NCBI GenBank assembly: GCA_964016885.1
Contig: OZ024741.1
Coordinates: forward strand, 175,398,001-175,462,000
Reading direction: 5' to 3'
Origin: Eledone cirrhosa
Taxonomy: Eukaryota
Length of the DNA stretch: 64,000 bases
Shown here: positions 27,053-41,842 of the stretch, piece after piece
Layout of the letters: each line of letters starts with the position of its first letter
Numbering within the stretch: the stretch's first letter is position 1
The notes under the pieces: model-generated
What the model was told of the DNA's origin: nothing
Seen by the model: the letters and a program-made list of their open reading frames with translations, nothing else
The model's database searches: none
Program-made: the position numbers and the translations under genes

Positions 27053-29542
27053 CGAGAATTTGTTTATGTTTTGTATGTAAAATATTTATGCATGTACATA
27101 TTGTATGTTTGTGTTATGCATGTTTTAGGCTTATATTTCATGTCAGGAGTTTTATGCTTGTCAGTGTTTTGAAAGGTGAATTATGGAGTTAGGTCAACAT
27201 AACTTGGCAATATTTTTTCCTTGCCGTCTTGTTCTGTAAAATCACGTGCGTTAATATAAAGCAAAACATGTAATATAAAGCGAAACATATATTTCAAGAA
27301 ACTGTTTTCAATGCTTGGAGGATTTCCTGTCACATTTCCTAAACAACTACATTTCCTTTTTATTTTATTTCCTACCATAATATAGACTGGGACCGGGAGA
27401 ATTTCTGTTTAAAAGTGAATGTCGCATTGGATTAAATGTAAGTTAATGAAGTGCATTGTACAAGCTAATGAAGCCGCATTAATGAAAATGTAAATAGCTA
27501 CCTAAAGCAATGTGACATGAAATTATATATATTGATCAAATGGAATTAGAAAATATCAAATTAAAAAACAAATGTGTAAATTGACCTTTTACAGAAACAC
27601 ACAAGCACACACACACCCATACACATACACATACACATACACACACTGTAATCGTTTATACATTTGTTATTCGTTTTCATGTGGTGTTAAGCAACTGAGA
27701 GTACAAGTCTTCCTTGTGGACAAGAAGTTAGTCCGTCACTGAATTAATAACTAATCTTTGCTGCTACTCATTTTAGCTGAGTGAACTGGAACGTCATGAT
27801 ATGCATTGTTCAGGGATGCAACGTGTCGCCAGATCTGAGAATCGGATCTATGATCGTGAGCCTAACTCACTAACCATAAGTCACATGTTTAAATGCCCAA
27901 AACACCTCGCTGTGGGATCGAATCCGGAACAATATGGTTGGAATGCAAACTTCTTAATCATTCGGTCGCTGCGTTCAATTTAGAGAGAATATCATTAATG
28001 ATTTAACGAAATATCCGTAAAGTCTCATGCGAAAGATGATTATAGTCTGAAAGTTGAAGATGATCATTTGGGATATATTCTCCACAAAAGACTAATCACA
28101 CAAATATAAATCTTCCATGCTATCATTGATGGTGATAAGAAATGTGGCTGGGATGAATGGGTTGGAACTGGCAGGAGAAATATGAACGATGCAATTAGTA
28201 GAGAAATATTACAAGAAATATTATCTTAGAATTACTGGTTTCTAATCTTATTTGAACAATGAAAAAGTCCATTAAAAGATAATCGGAATTGGAATAACGA
28301 TAACGTCTTATGTATTTCACATTCATAATACAGCAATGACTAAAATAATTGGCTTATATTGGTTTTTGAATATAGTCATCAATTTGTTACAAAAGATAGT
28401 GTTTAATTACTTTCTGTTTCGTTTAGCAATTAGTTTTTAATTTAGAAAATTAAATACAAAGTAAAAAATTTGATTGAATAAACATACTTTCGTTTTGAAA
28501 TTTGGTAATGCAATTAAAGATTTTCCTTACAACCAAATCATTCTATTGAATATAATTTTCATTGTAGATCTATAATAAATATATATGATTTTCTTAGAAA
28601 AAAATACATGATAGTTTCAATAATAGTTTGTAATCATTTTATATGTAATTATTTCATATAAAACGTCTCGATTTCTCTTTTAGCGATTCAATATAGAGGT
28701 CGACTTTAGTTTTTAAGTAATTGTACTGCTCGAGATATTTCTGCACACATTATGTAAGCTCTTGGATTTTACTGTTTGATATGAATCCAATGGAACATTA
28801 TTGAAGCATTATTCAGATTTAAATTGAAGGTGGATATGAAAAAAGCTTCTTTTCACAATGAAATACTGAGAATCAGATTTTGAGAATGTATATGTAGATA
28901 TAGGGGGTACATATACTTTACCTCTTTCTTCACCACTTATTGCTTTCCAATGACCCTCCATCTCGCTCTTACCTCCAGTCTTACCTCTTACCCGAGTCTC
29001 CCAGCACGCCAAAGAGTCGGTAGCGTCTATCTCGGGAATCACCCATATAGGGGATTGTTTATTCTGTACTCTAGTTAAGTAACTGTGTTTTGTCTGCACT
29101 TACAGAATTAACCCGAAATCTTTAATCTATTGATTTTATTATGTAGCATTAATGTTTGGTAGTTCGTTATTAGTATTTGGGTAGGTAATGGCTTTCTTTT
29201 TCAATAAAAAAATTAATAAATACAACAAAACCAAAATAACTTTCGCTTCTAATTGAACAAAACAATGATCAGGTCAAAAACTCTCCCATCAATGATATTT
29301 CTGTAATGTTCTTGATTATTGAGTTTCTACAACTAGACGTGAGTATACGTATTTATTTATAGATACACATACGTTTAAACACTACTTTATGTCGATATAG
29401 ATATTTATATATATATATAAGTTCGTCGAGCTTTTGATTCCTGAGTCGGGCTAGATTAACACAGATCGAACCTTGATCTGATCAGTTGCAAAACGCGCAT
29501 CACTACACAATAAACGTAATGAAGACATAAAAACGACCTTAA

Positions 29543-29776
29543 AGGGCAGTGGATTGGCAGTATCGGTAGAGCGTCAGACACAATGCTTTGCAGCATAGAG
29601 TTACGGCTCTTAATGATCTGAGCTCAAATCCCGCCGAGGTTAACTTTGCCTTTCATCCTTATGGGGTCGATAAAATAAAGTACCAGTCACGCACTGGGGT
29701 CGATTTAATCGACTTTCCCCTCCCCCCAAAATTACTGGCCTTGTGCCTATATAAGAAACCATTATTATTATTATTG
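29543..29776 (+). mobile_element. Full-length Deu/Nin-type tRNA-SINE with (ATT)n tail
   Basis: A box tggcagtatcgg, B box gagctcaaatcc, core gaggttaactttgcctttcatccttatggggtcgataaaataaagtaccag. Confidence 0.8.
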
Positions 29777-29878
29777 TTACACTCTGCTTAGTTCTACCTC
29801 TATACTGGAAACTACGCATCGAGTGCTCACTCTGGCGAACCTATAGTAACTGGACGTTACAATCTCTCTCTTCCTCTC

Positions 29879-29923
<45 letters not shown>

Positions 29924-30979
29924 CTATCTTTATGTTTGTATATATATAATCATTGAATACATAACTTGTGTGAAAAAGCTTTGAACATCCTACCATCGAG
30001 ATTATCATGGAATATTTCCCATCACTTTATAGACACACTTATATACATTCCATTTAGTTTAGGTTTAAGGAGATTATATAGTCACCTTTTAAACTTAGTA
30101 AATTATATTGAGAATACTGTTAAACTGTTAAACTGTCCGTGAAGAAGTCATATTTACTCCTAGTATGCGTTGCTCTAACATGTCAGACATAGCTCAAATT
30201 CTCTGGAGATGATATTTCTACGTTCTTGTTCTGTCAAATATGGTCTTTAAGAGAGAACCTCCGTTTCTCTGCCTTAGATGTCATGTAGGCAATGTATATG
30301 ATGCTTTTGGATTAACTTATACTTTATAGTGAAGCTGTATTGAAATATAATACAGCTATCGAAGATCATTCGAATATTAAATGTTTCATATATCCGATGG
30401 TTTCTCTCAATGGTAATAATCTACTACAATTATATATATGCTGTTGAAGCGATAGATTTCATTTGGGGACTTGCTTAAAGGCACAAATTCTTTTGTTGGG
30501 AAGTCTTTCAGGACAATTTCCTTTCAGAGTAGAAACATTCAGAGTGATAAATTATGGTTTCAGCCTGACAGTTTAGGATTTCGTATTTTATACAATTCCA
30601 ATAACGAGATTTGTAATGTAGGCGGCCATTATTACGCGAAGATTTCCTTTAGAAAAATTTCTTGAATTAAATATCTGAGCTTTCCTTAACGCTCCAGAAG
30701 AAACACGAAGGAATTGAAGTTTAGTTTACCACTACTTTATGGTTTTATTGCAAGTGTCATGGATAGATAGACAGACAGGTAGAGAGAGCTATAGTTAAAT
30801 AAATAGATAAATAGATTGATACAGGGAGTCCTTATTATACGTAAGATAGTATAGTTTCTTCCAGTCAGCCCTCTTATAATAAAGGAGAGCAGAGAGAGAG
30901 CAGAGAGAGGCAAAGGCGAAAATGCTAAAGTGCAGCCTCCCAAATGAAGTGTGTGAATAATATATCTCTATATATCTCT

Positions 30980-32645
<1,666 letters not shown>

Positions 32646-32694
32646 CTATATATATATATATATAGTTATATATAACTATATATATATATATATA

Positions 32695-32764
<70 letters not shown>

Positions 32765-32874
32765 TCTATATATATAACTTATATATATATGTATAAGTTA
32801 AAACAATGAAATAAAAAACCAAGTCATTAGAAATATACTTCACTGCTTTATGATCGTTTCTAGGTGATAATAAT

Positions 32875-32971
32875 ACATCGTACGCATATTTCGTTATCGA
32901 TCTATGTAGGGTTAGTTACAAAATATCAGATAAGGAATATATTTACCTACATGTATATCATCAGCCGTTGT
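32875..32971 (-). ncRNA. Decayed hammerhead-like motif, family O
   Basis: Reverse complement acaacgg CTGATGA ..atgtagg..cctacat.. GAAA TATGCGTA cgatgt; stems I and III imperfect. Confidence 0.5.
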
Positions 32972-33283
32972 AAAAAGCAATCTATATATATTACTCGATA
33001 CCGAGTACTCATTTCTCCCAGCTGTCAACCACATACGGATATAATATATGTATATTAGGGTGGCCCTTAGCAGTAGGTAATTTTCCGAAAGTTAAAATTT
33101 TGCTGCTTCCACAGCGAAAAATAGGTGTTTGTTCTATACCTGCGCTCTGTCCCCAGCTTGGCAAGTTGCCCTTTATATTTAGTGTCACTTATCCTGCTAA
33201 TACCAAGAATAAGTCTGAACAGGTTTTTAATTTAAGAACAAATTATATAAGAGATAAAAACATTTATATATTTATATCTATAT

Positions 33284-33285
<2 letters not shown>

Positions 33286-33314
<29 letters not shown>

Positions 33315-33560
33315 ACGTTTAACGTCCGTGTTCCACGCTTGCATGGGTTTGGACGGGGGTAGTCCCACTTGAGGCAAGAGTGATTGTCTTGCTCGCATAG
33401 GACTGTCTGGCGGGTTTTCTACAGTTGGGTGCCCTTCCTAACACCAACCACATTTACAGTGTGGGTCTGGGAGGTTTTTACCGTGTTGCCTACACAGCCA
33501 CATTACAGCGTGGACTGTGTGTTTTTTTGTCGTGACACCTACACGATCTCATTTATTTCG
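33286..33560 (-). mobile_element. (CAT)n/(ATG)n-tailed SINE or LINE 3' fragment
   Basis: (cat)n followed by cgtttaacgtccg..ttccacgcttgcatgggtttggacgg, a repeat end I associate with octopus genomes. Confidence 0.5.
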
Positions 33561-33724
33561 GCCTCGATGGCGCGGCACCAACATAACTTTACATAGAACG
33601 GGGTGGTGTGGATGGGGTGGGGTGGGGTGGGTGGGTGAGGGGGGGGGGTGTATTTTGTTAGAGATGCCTACTGGCTGGAGTAGGTTTTACTATATATTTA
33701 GATATATATATATATATGTATATA

Positions 33725-33798
<74 letters not shown>

Positions 33799-33800
<2 letters not shown>

Positions 33801-34402
33801 TGGCTGCCAACTCGTTTTCGAGTACGGCCACTACTTCATATCCATGTAGGAGAACCTCTACCGATGCGCTGAATGACTGACTTTTTAGTCCAGCCAGCGA
33901 CTTGAAAACTCTGGTACAAACACTACACTTGTGACAATTATTGACACATAGTGCTAGGCCCATGGTACCATGTAACGACAAGTGCAGAGAGATCTCCAGA
34001 TATAAAGCAATGCCTGTGCCGTGAAGCTTTTATAGTGAGCAAAGGCACTGCACAAAGCCAGTCCCACTCTCTTAACCAAGATGATATTTACCAAAAAGAA
34101 GAACAAGTCAACATCATTGGATACCATCAGGGTTGCAGGTGTTATATCAGAGTTTTCCTTCTCCTAGAATTCTGCCTTGACAAAGGCTAAGGGGTCATCT
34201 CTCCCGGTGATTCTGGATGGCCATTGACTCTTAAGAGCTGTTTGCCCTTTGACAGGTTTTGTTTTTAGTCCTGCAGGATGCCCAAAGTCACCCTCCTCAC
34301 CAAGAAACCTTGGTGGGGTTGCCAGTTTAGTCGCCAACGACCCGACCATGAGACAGGTTGTACTGGGATACATGTTACCAGTAGCACCAAGTGGTGACCT
34401 GA
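33799..34402 (-). mobile_element. Short internally deleted RTE-like retroposon
   Basis: C2H2-like CSVCTRVFKSLAGLKS near the 3' end, RTE-like 5' UTR (aaactggcaacccc..aaaacaaaacctg), flanked by (TA)n. Confidence 0.55.
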
Positions 34403-34435
34403 CATATATATATATAGACAGACACACACATACAA

Positions 34436-34469
<34 letters not shown>

Positions 34470-34566
34470 GATATGTATATATATACTCTCCTTATTATCC
34501 TTGTTTGCATATTTCTCCTTGCTCCCCTTTTCTCATTGTATTTGTATATAAACAAGCACTTAGATA

Positions 34567-35305
34567 CAAGGAGAAAGGAAGAGCAACGAGAGCAAGGATA
34601 ACATGAGAGCAAGGAGAAAGGAAGAACAAGGAGAGCAAGGAGAAAATGAGAGTAAGGAGAGCAAGGGGAGCAAGGATAAAGGGAGAGCAAAGAGAGCAAG
34701 GAAAGCATGGAGAGCAAGGAGAGCAAGGATAAAAGGAGAGCATAGAGAGCAATGCGAAAATGAGAGTAAGGAGGAAAGGAGAGCAATGAGAAAAGGAGAG
34801 CAAGGAGAGGAAGGAGAAAAGGAGAGCGAGGAGAGTAAGGAGAACAAGGAGAAAAGGAAAGCAAGGATAAAAGGAGAGCAATGAGAAAAGGAGAGCAAGG
34901 AGAGGAACGAGAAAAGGAAAGCAAAGAGAGAAAGAAGAAAAGGAGAGCAAGGAGAGCAAATAGAGCAATGAGAAAAGGAGAGGAAGGGGAGCGAGGAGAG
35001 TAAGGAGAACAAAGAGAAATGGAAAGCAAAGGGAACAAGGAGAAAATGAGAGCAAAGATAAAAGGAGAGTAAGGAGAGCAATGAGAAAATGAGAGGAAGG
35101 AGAGGAAGGAGAAAAGGAGAAAAGAAGAGCAAGGAGAAAAGGAGAGCAAGGAGAACAAAGAGAAAAAGAGAGCAAGGAGAGCAAGGATAAAAGGAGAACA
35201 TGGGGACCAATAAGAAAAAGGAGAGTAAGGAGGAAAGGAGAGCAATGAGAAAAGGAGAGCAAGGAGAGCAATGAAAAAAGGAGAGCAAAGAGAGCAAGGA
35301 GAGGT
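34567..35305 (+). repeat. Degenerate polypurine minisatellite (AAGGAGAGC 9-mer variants)
   Basis: Repeated gagagcaag / aaaaggagag / caatgagaa words; accounts for the L/S/F/P-rich false ORFs. Confidence 0.9.
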
Positions 35306-36674
35306 TAAAGCAAATATTGCTCAAGTTATGCTGGAAGCAGACAAAGGGGAAAAAGTTATCTGAAGAGGTACATTCTGCACCAAAAGGACTTTTCTACCTT
35401 TACAAACATCGAGTTTTCATCTTTTGTAACTCCTGGTACAAAAACTTTCTTCGCGAGATTTTCTATCAGCACCGATCCTTCACCGATCCTTCACCGATCC
35501 TTCAGCAAGATCATCCTTCAGCATGGAAGGATATGATCTTGGTTACAAAAGTGAACTTGAAAAACTTGAGAAGACAGTTGTTATTAGTGATGTTGCAGAA
35601 CGAGGTGTCAAATTCATTCAGGATTACAATAACATTCTCACAAAAGATGAAACTGAGAAACATACTGTAAAACATACCCAACTGTAAAACATACCCAACT
35701 GCCACTAAATCCTCTCTTATGTAAACATACTGTTCAATATTCAGTGTTCAGTGTTCACATTATGTTTTTGATTCTATAGAAATTATTGTTGTAAATAAAA
35801 ATGCATTTCTCTTATAGAAGTTGTGTGCTCTATTAAGAAAACCTAATAATTTTCATATTATTTCAGGAATTTTTCAAATTAACTGTTGGTAAATTGGATT
35901 CAGAACGTTTTTAAACGTTTGCTGGGGTTGCCAGGATGTATCCACATAAATTTCTCTAAGAAAAAAAAAAAAAAGAAAAATGGTCGAGATAGGGAACAGT
36001 ATATCGCTTTTGAACAGAATTAATCGTTGCGTATACTATGTTCCAACTTCAATGCATTTGAGGGTCGCCTAACAGTTGTCCGATTGAGCTGAAACTTTGC
36101 ACACCCCGTGGTTTTGTTGATGAAACTAGAATTGTGGGGTGGGAGCAGCACAATTTTAAATTTCGGAAAATTACCTATTGCTAAGGGCCACCCAAATATA
36201 TATATATGTATATATATATATATATGTATCAGAAAGAAATTAGAAAGAAATGGGTTCAGACCTGGAGGATGCATGAACTCCGCCAGGTTTAAAAAATCCC
36301 AAAGAAAGTCTGTACCGCACCACAGCGCCCCACTGTTCCATCATGGATTACGGGTACGTAATATTAAGAAACGAATAGATCGTTAAATCTGAATTTAATT
36401 TCAACACAAATTACAAAAGCAATTTGGATGATAGCATCCACAGCATAGTAGCTCACACTTTAGTTTGCACACTGGATGTAGTAACGACATTATCATGGAG
36501 ACAAACGCACTCTAACATTACTTCCATATCCAATATTCATGAACCCGTAACATCAGGAGTTACGGGTTCACAAACAGAGTACCTAGGGTACTGTAAGCCT
36601 GGCAGAACTCATTGCCTCTCCATGTATAAACACAGCCCATTTCCTACATATGGACACACACAGAACAGGAGAGA

Positions 36675-36819
<145 letters not shown>

Positions 36820-36824
36820 CAGAA

Positions 36825-37292
36825 AGAATCGACCCCAGTACTGGACTGCTACAGACCTCGAAGGTATGAAAGCCAACGCTGACACAAGGTAGGTTTTCAA
36901 TTCGGAACGCAGAAAAGCCGGAACGAATACTGCACAGTATTCTTTCCGACGATCTGCCAATGACCCGACTGGCATATAATTAGACTGAATCAAACAATTA
37001 TTTTATTACTGAAATATCTTCCTCTCAATTAACCACATTTTTTCAATACGGAGTTTCTTATGTTTCCTACACATCACATTATTCTATGTCCGTTCCCCAT
37101 TTCAAACATCACACCCGATATCATTCAACAATACTGTTCCAATGTTTCATTCATATTATATAATTGTTTCTACTTTAGGCACAAGGCCAGCAATTACCCA
37201 GTGCATTACTGGTACATTATTTTATCGACCCCGTAAGGATGAAAGGCAAAGTCAACATCGGCGGATTTGAACTCAGATCGTAAAGGGACGTA
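36825..37292 (-). mobile_element. Two Deu/Nin-type SINE copies (36825-36970 old; 37160-37292 young, 5'-truncated)
   Basis: Shared SINE core on the minus strand. Confidence 0.65.
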
Positions 37293-37375
37293 ACACACAC
37301 ACACGCGCGCGCACACTCACACACGCACACACACACACACACGCACACACGCACACACACACACATATATATATA

Positions 37376-37502
37376 TTTATTAAAATAACAGATTAAAGTT
37401 TAAGCAAAGAATCGGTGCTTTTCACCCTTAACGGGATCTTCTGAAAACTTATCCTTATCGAGCCCTCTTTGGATTTTAGTCTTCAAATTTATTATTATTA
37501 CT
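37376..37502. mobile_element. (TA)n-embedded family C fragment with internal inversion
   Basis: Homologous to 47310-47656 and 50641-50888, with modules rearranged. Confidence 0.8.
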
Positions 37503-37524
37503 ATATATATATATATATATATAT

Positions 37525-37664
37525 AACGAAGGAAATGTGGTAAGGAACCATGGACCATAACGCCCCAAAGTACTCAATACTTAGGGTTGTAGAGTGGGTA
37601 ATTCTGGACTCAGAATTAGCCGTCGAAACGGCTTGAGCTCAGCCGTCGGGGTCCTACTCGTTCC

Positions 37665-37666
<2 letters not shown>
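37525..37666. mobile_element. (TA)n-embedded family D fragment with internal inversion
   Basis: Homologous to 56760-56958. Confidence 0.8.
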
Positions 37667-37702
<36 letters not shown>

Positions 37703-37874
37703 TATATCTATATATCTATATATATATATATATTTAGAAACACACAGATACATGCGGACGCACACATATATACATGAACGCATCCGCACCCAACTGTGAC
37801 TATCTCCCCCTCCGCCTTTTGGGATTCTTTCTCACGTCGTGTAGACGCGTTCTTGAGACTAGTAAAATGAGGTA

Positions 37875-37962
37875 TCCTCTTGATAAGTCGGCAGACCTCG
37901 CAAGGACTCTATATCTTTGATATATTGTTTTTGTTTATGCCACGAAACTACGTAGTCGAGGA
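37875..37962 (+). ncRNA. Hammerhead ribozyme, family E (U3-A8 core variant, long stem II)
   Basis: tcctc TTGATAA gt-c-ggca...tgcc-ac GAAA CTACGTAG TC gagga; GUC site at C37957. Confidence 0.85.
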
Positions 37963-38465
37963 ATTTAGGAACAGTTTAGGTATGATACATTTTATTACTA
38001 ATTATATCTAAATGTTTCTTCTCTCTTCATAATGTATTTTTAACTCTGATACTGGTTCAGTCTAGTTCAAACTGAATTGGTCTGTCCCAGTCATTCATTG
38101 AGCAACATCGGTGAAGTTGGCACCCTTAACTCACAGTTGGGTGCGGATGCGTTCATGTATATATGTGTGCGTCCGCATGTATCTGTGTGTTTCTAAATAT
38201 ATTAATAACTCCCTCTGGTCGAGCAATCTTTGAGGTGTGGGGACAACTGGAAAGCTTCCATTACTCATACTTCTCGCCTTCTTCACTACCTCTTCTACGG
38301 CCTCGATATGAATACCCCCTCCGCCTCCGTGGTATTTTCTTCGTGGTTATAAGAGGCTTAGCTCTGTTTCTCGACCGTTATATCGCGTGACTATCTCCCC
38401 CTCCGCCTTTTGGGATTCTTTCTCACGTCGTGTAGACGCGTTCTTGAGACTAGTAAAATGAGGTA

Positions 38466-38553
38466 TCCTCTTGATAAGTCGGCAGACCTCGCAAGGACTC
38501 TATATCTTTGATATATTGTTTTTGTTTATGCCACGAAACTACGTAGTCGAGGA
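38466..38553 (+). ncRNA. Hammerhead ribozyme, family E, second tandem copy
   Basis: Same sequence; site C38548 lies 591 nt from the first. Confidence 0.85.
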
Positions 38554-38622
38554 ATTTAGGAACAGTTTAGGTATGATACATTTTATTACTAATTATATCT
38601 AAATGTTTCTTCTCTCTTCATA

Positions 38623-38736
<114 letters not shown>

Positions 38737-38739
38737 ATA

Positions 38740-38778
<39 letters not shown>

Positions 38779-39224
38779 GTTAGAAGTCACTTATTGTAAT
38801 CACTTTGTTACAGAACCTTTTTAGCAAAAATATATAATGTATATATATATAATCATGTACAAGCGGTCTCTAAAATAAGGCCAATACAATTTGGTATATT
38901 TGCTTTGCAATTATCTAGAGATTTTTGCGTAATAAAAACTAATAGATACACAATACATATGATTGAAAATACCGATGTAAGTATTTCTGATATAAATAGA
39001 AAGCCTTAGATGTTTTAAGGGATGGCCTCTTCGAACGCAGTTAACCCGATTGCTATTATTCCTACTCGGGTTATTGACCATGAAGAGCTGTAGACGATGA
39101 GAACGATATCAATGCATTAGCTTGTGTCATGAATTATTTTATGTTATATTTATTAACATGTATACATCAATATATCGATAGCAAGTCGATATTTATGTTT
39201 ACAAAAACACACACACACACACGC

Positions 39225-39229
<5 letters not shown>

Positions 39230-39296
<67 letters not shown>

Positions 39297-39795
39297 TAGT
39301 AGATGTGGAAAGGTAAAAGGAAAACAGTACTCAATCGCCTTTGTTCAGTGTATGAACATAAATAAATATTATATAATATAATTGTTTCTACTTTAGGCAC
39401 AAGGCCAGCAATTACCCAGTGCATTACTGGTACTTTATTTTATCGACCCCGTAAGGATGAAAGGTAAAGTAAACCTCGGGGAGATTTGAACTCAGAACGT
39501 AAAGGGACGTAACGATGCTGGAAAGCATGGCGTCCGACTCTCTACCGATACTGCCAACCCACCGCCCTTATAATACAATATAATGTAATATATATATATA
39601 TATACGGGGTCGATAAAATAAAGTACCAGTAATGCACTGGGTATTTGCTGGCCTTGTGCCTAAAGTAGAAACAATTATATTATATTGTATTATATTATAT
39701 TACATTATAATATTTATTTATGTTCATACACTGAACAAAGGCGATTGAGTACTGTTTTCCTTTTACCTATCCACATCTACTAACACACACACACA

Positions 39796-39870
<75 letters not shown>
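39230..39870. repeat. Local inverted duplication covering SINE 3' half, unique flank and microsatellites
   Basis: 39297-39453 is inverted at 39604-39782; full SINE at 39380-39570 (-). Confidence 0.85.
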
Positions 39871-39879
<9 letters not shown>

Positions 39880-40934
39880 ATATGTGTACATAGGAGAAAA
39901 AGATAAAGATAATGTATGAGATTTAAAAGGAGTGTAACCATAGCATAGTAAACCTCCACCCCGCAAAAAAACTAAATACATTGTTTTTTATTTTTCGTTG
40001 AAGGTGATTTTTATTCTAAATTAATCACATTAAAACTTTCATCGGCTTCAGTCTAAAAGAGATATTTTACATACATATTCATTTTATATAATATAATTTT
40101 TCGTACAGAACAGTAATATTTAATACGAAAATCGTTTTAAAATAACGTATTTGTTAGATTTATCCAAGGTTCACAACGTTTTAAAGATAAATATAACTTT
40201 GAATTTTCTTTTTTTTTCTTATATTGTTGTTATATATGAGGGGATGTTTGCAAGGGAAAAATTACAGAAATCTATGGAGTGCATACAGATTTTAAGTTTT
40301 GAAAATTGACATTATTATCCTTTGTAATCCTATTTATAATAAAATAAGAAGCAATAATATTTTAATTCCGTTTTAATCTTATTATATAATTTTGTTGATG
40401 AAAACCAATGTAAACCAAAATGTTCTGTTTATCAAACTAAAGTGTTAGTCGTTCACTCTCGAAGATTTTATTTTCGACTAACACAATCAGCTCGACCATT
40501 TAGAATCAACAACAACCCACTACCTTTAAAAAAGAACTGATTAAGTATGTTATAGACACTTGAGCCAGGTCTAATGTTAGTCAACTTCTTCCCTCACTCA
40601 CTCCCACATGTCTTGGAGGTTCTAATAAGGGACATAGGTTCTGACCAGTTATCACTGAATGAATAGGGAAACTGTAGATAAAACACGATAAGGTACGGAT
40701 CATGATTAAATCGTCTTTGGTCATATACGCTCAATTAGAATTGATTTGCCACTAAACAATGGGTGATGATTAAACATCTGCTCGATCAGAACTGACTTAA
40801 ATCTAAACATGACGTTATCAAAGTTGCTAAAAGTAGTATGTAAGTCTACTTTAAATCTCACACTACTCTCTTAAAAGAAGGACAAAAATGTTGTTCACGC
40901 CGAGAATATATCTGGGGATAAGTCTACTCGGTAA

Positions 40935-41160
40935 GGACTGGTTCGGAGATATACGGGGTTGGAAAGAAGGGATGGCAAAAAACCAGATGGCATCACTATC
41001 TTCCCGTTTCGAGGTGGAAGACACACATCTAGGATGCAACATATAGCGACATTTTCTCCAGCGGCAGCCTGGTATATCCGACGGCAGTCAGATTTCGTTG
41101 CTCAACAAGCTGAAGATCGCGAGCTGTTGAAGTATCGGAGAGCGGTCTCTACTTCAACAG
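40935..41160 (+). pseudogene. CRE-clade non-LTR retrotransposon endonuclease fragment
   Basis: GLERRDGKKPDGITIFPFRGG..DAT..AQQAEDR..KY matches the RLE (PD..D..K) pattern of CRE-like elements. Confidence 0.65.
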
Positions 41161-41176
41161 CTCTCTCTGTCTTACG

Positions 41177-41325
<149 letters not shown>

Positions 41326-41556
41326 TATATATATATATATATATATTTCGTTTCTGAATTTGTTTAGCAAGATTCTTTATCTGAAAACGTGTGTTGAAAC
41401 CGATATTGTTATACTTTGGGAGGGTCATGTTGCCAAAAAGAAACACACACACCAGTTGCTTTCACTTCAATTTATTATAATACATTTATATATTTAGGAA
41501 TTTATAAATTTCCGGTTGGTTATTTGGTTCCACAACCAGATGATTGTTTATATATT

Positions 41557-41599
41557 GTCAAAGTTCTTTCGTCACACATTCTGTGACCTCTTCAGTAAC
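41557..41599 (-). ncRNA. Hammerhead ribozyme in the PLE 3' end (family G)
   Basis: Reverse complement gtta CTGAAGA g gtcaca gaatg tgtgac GAAA GAAC TT tgac; same strand as the ORF. Confidence 0.8.
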
Positions 41600-41842
41600 T
41601 GGGGATTATTTTCTTTGTTTTTGTGCCTCTCCTTTGTTCTGTCCTACGCCATCTTGTTTTTGTGTGTGTTGTATGCTTAGTTTGCGCATGTGTTACATCC
41701 GGGTGTCTGTGTGTGTTTATATTTGTTTATTTATTTGTTTATTTACATGTTACTGGTTGGTTGTTTGTTCTATGTGCGTGTGTGTTTTCATTTTGTCCTT
41801 AATTGTAAGTTGTGATGTTGCTGTTCCATTCATGTTTTCTAT

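Larger units (their letters stand above)
33056..36195 (+). mobile_element. TIR DNA transposon, probably hATm-type, internally deleted and carrying nested insertions
   Basis: ~55 bp TIRs TAGGGTGGCCCTTAGCA.TAGGTAATTTTCCGAAA; residual C-terminal transposase motif VISDVAERGVKFIQDYNNILTKDE at ~35575-35655. Confidence 0.75.

Noticed and set aside
29543-29640. tRNA gene candidates at SINE heads
   Set aside because: A/B boxes only, no cloverleaf; they continue into the SINE core.
34265-35324. 254-326 aa L/S/F/P-rich ORFs
   Set aside because: Antisense of the polypurine minisatellite; stop-free by composition.
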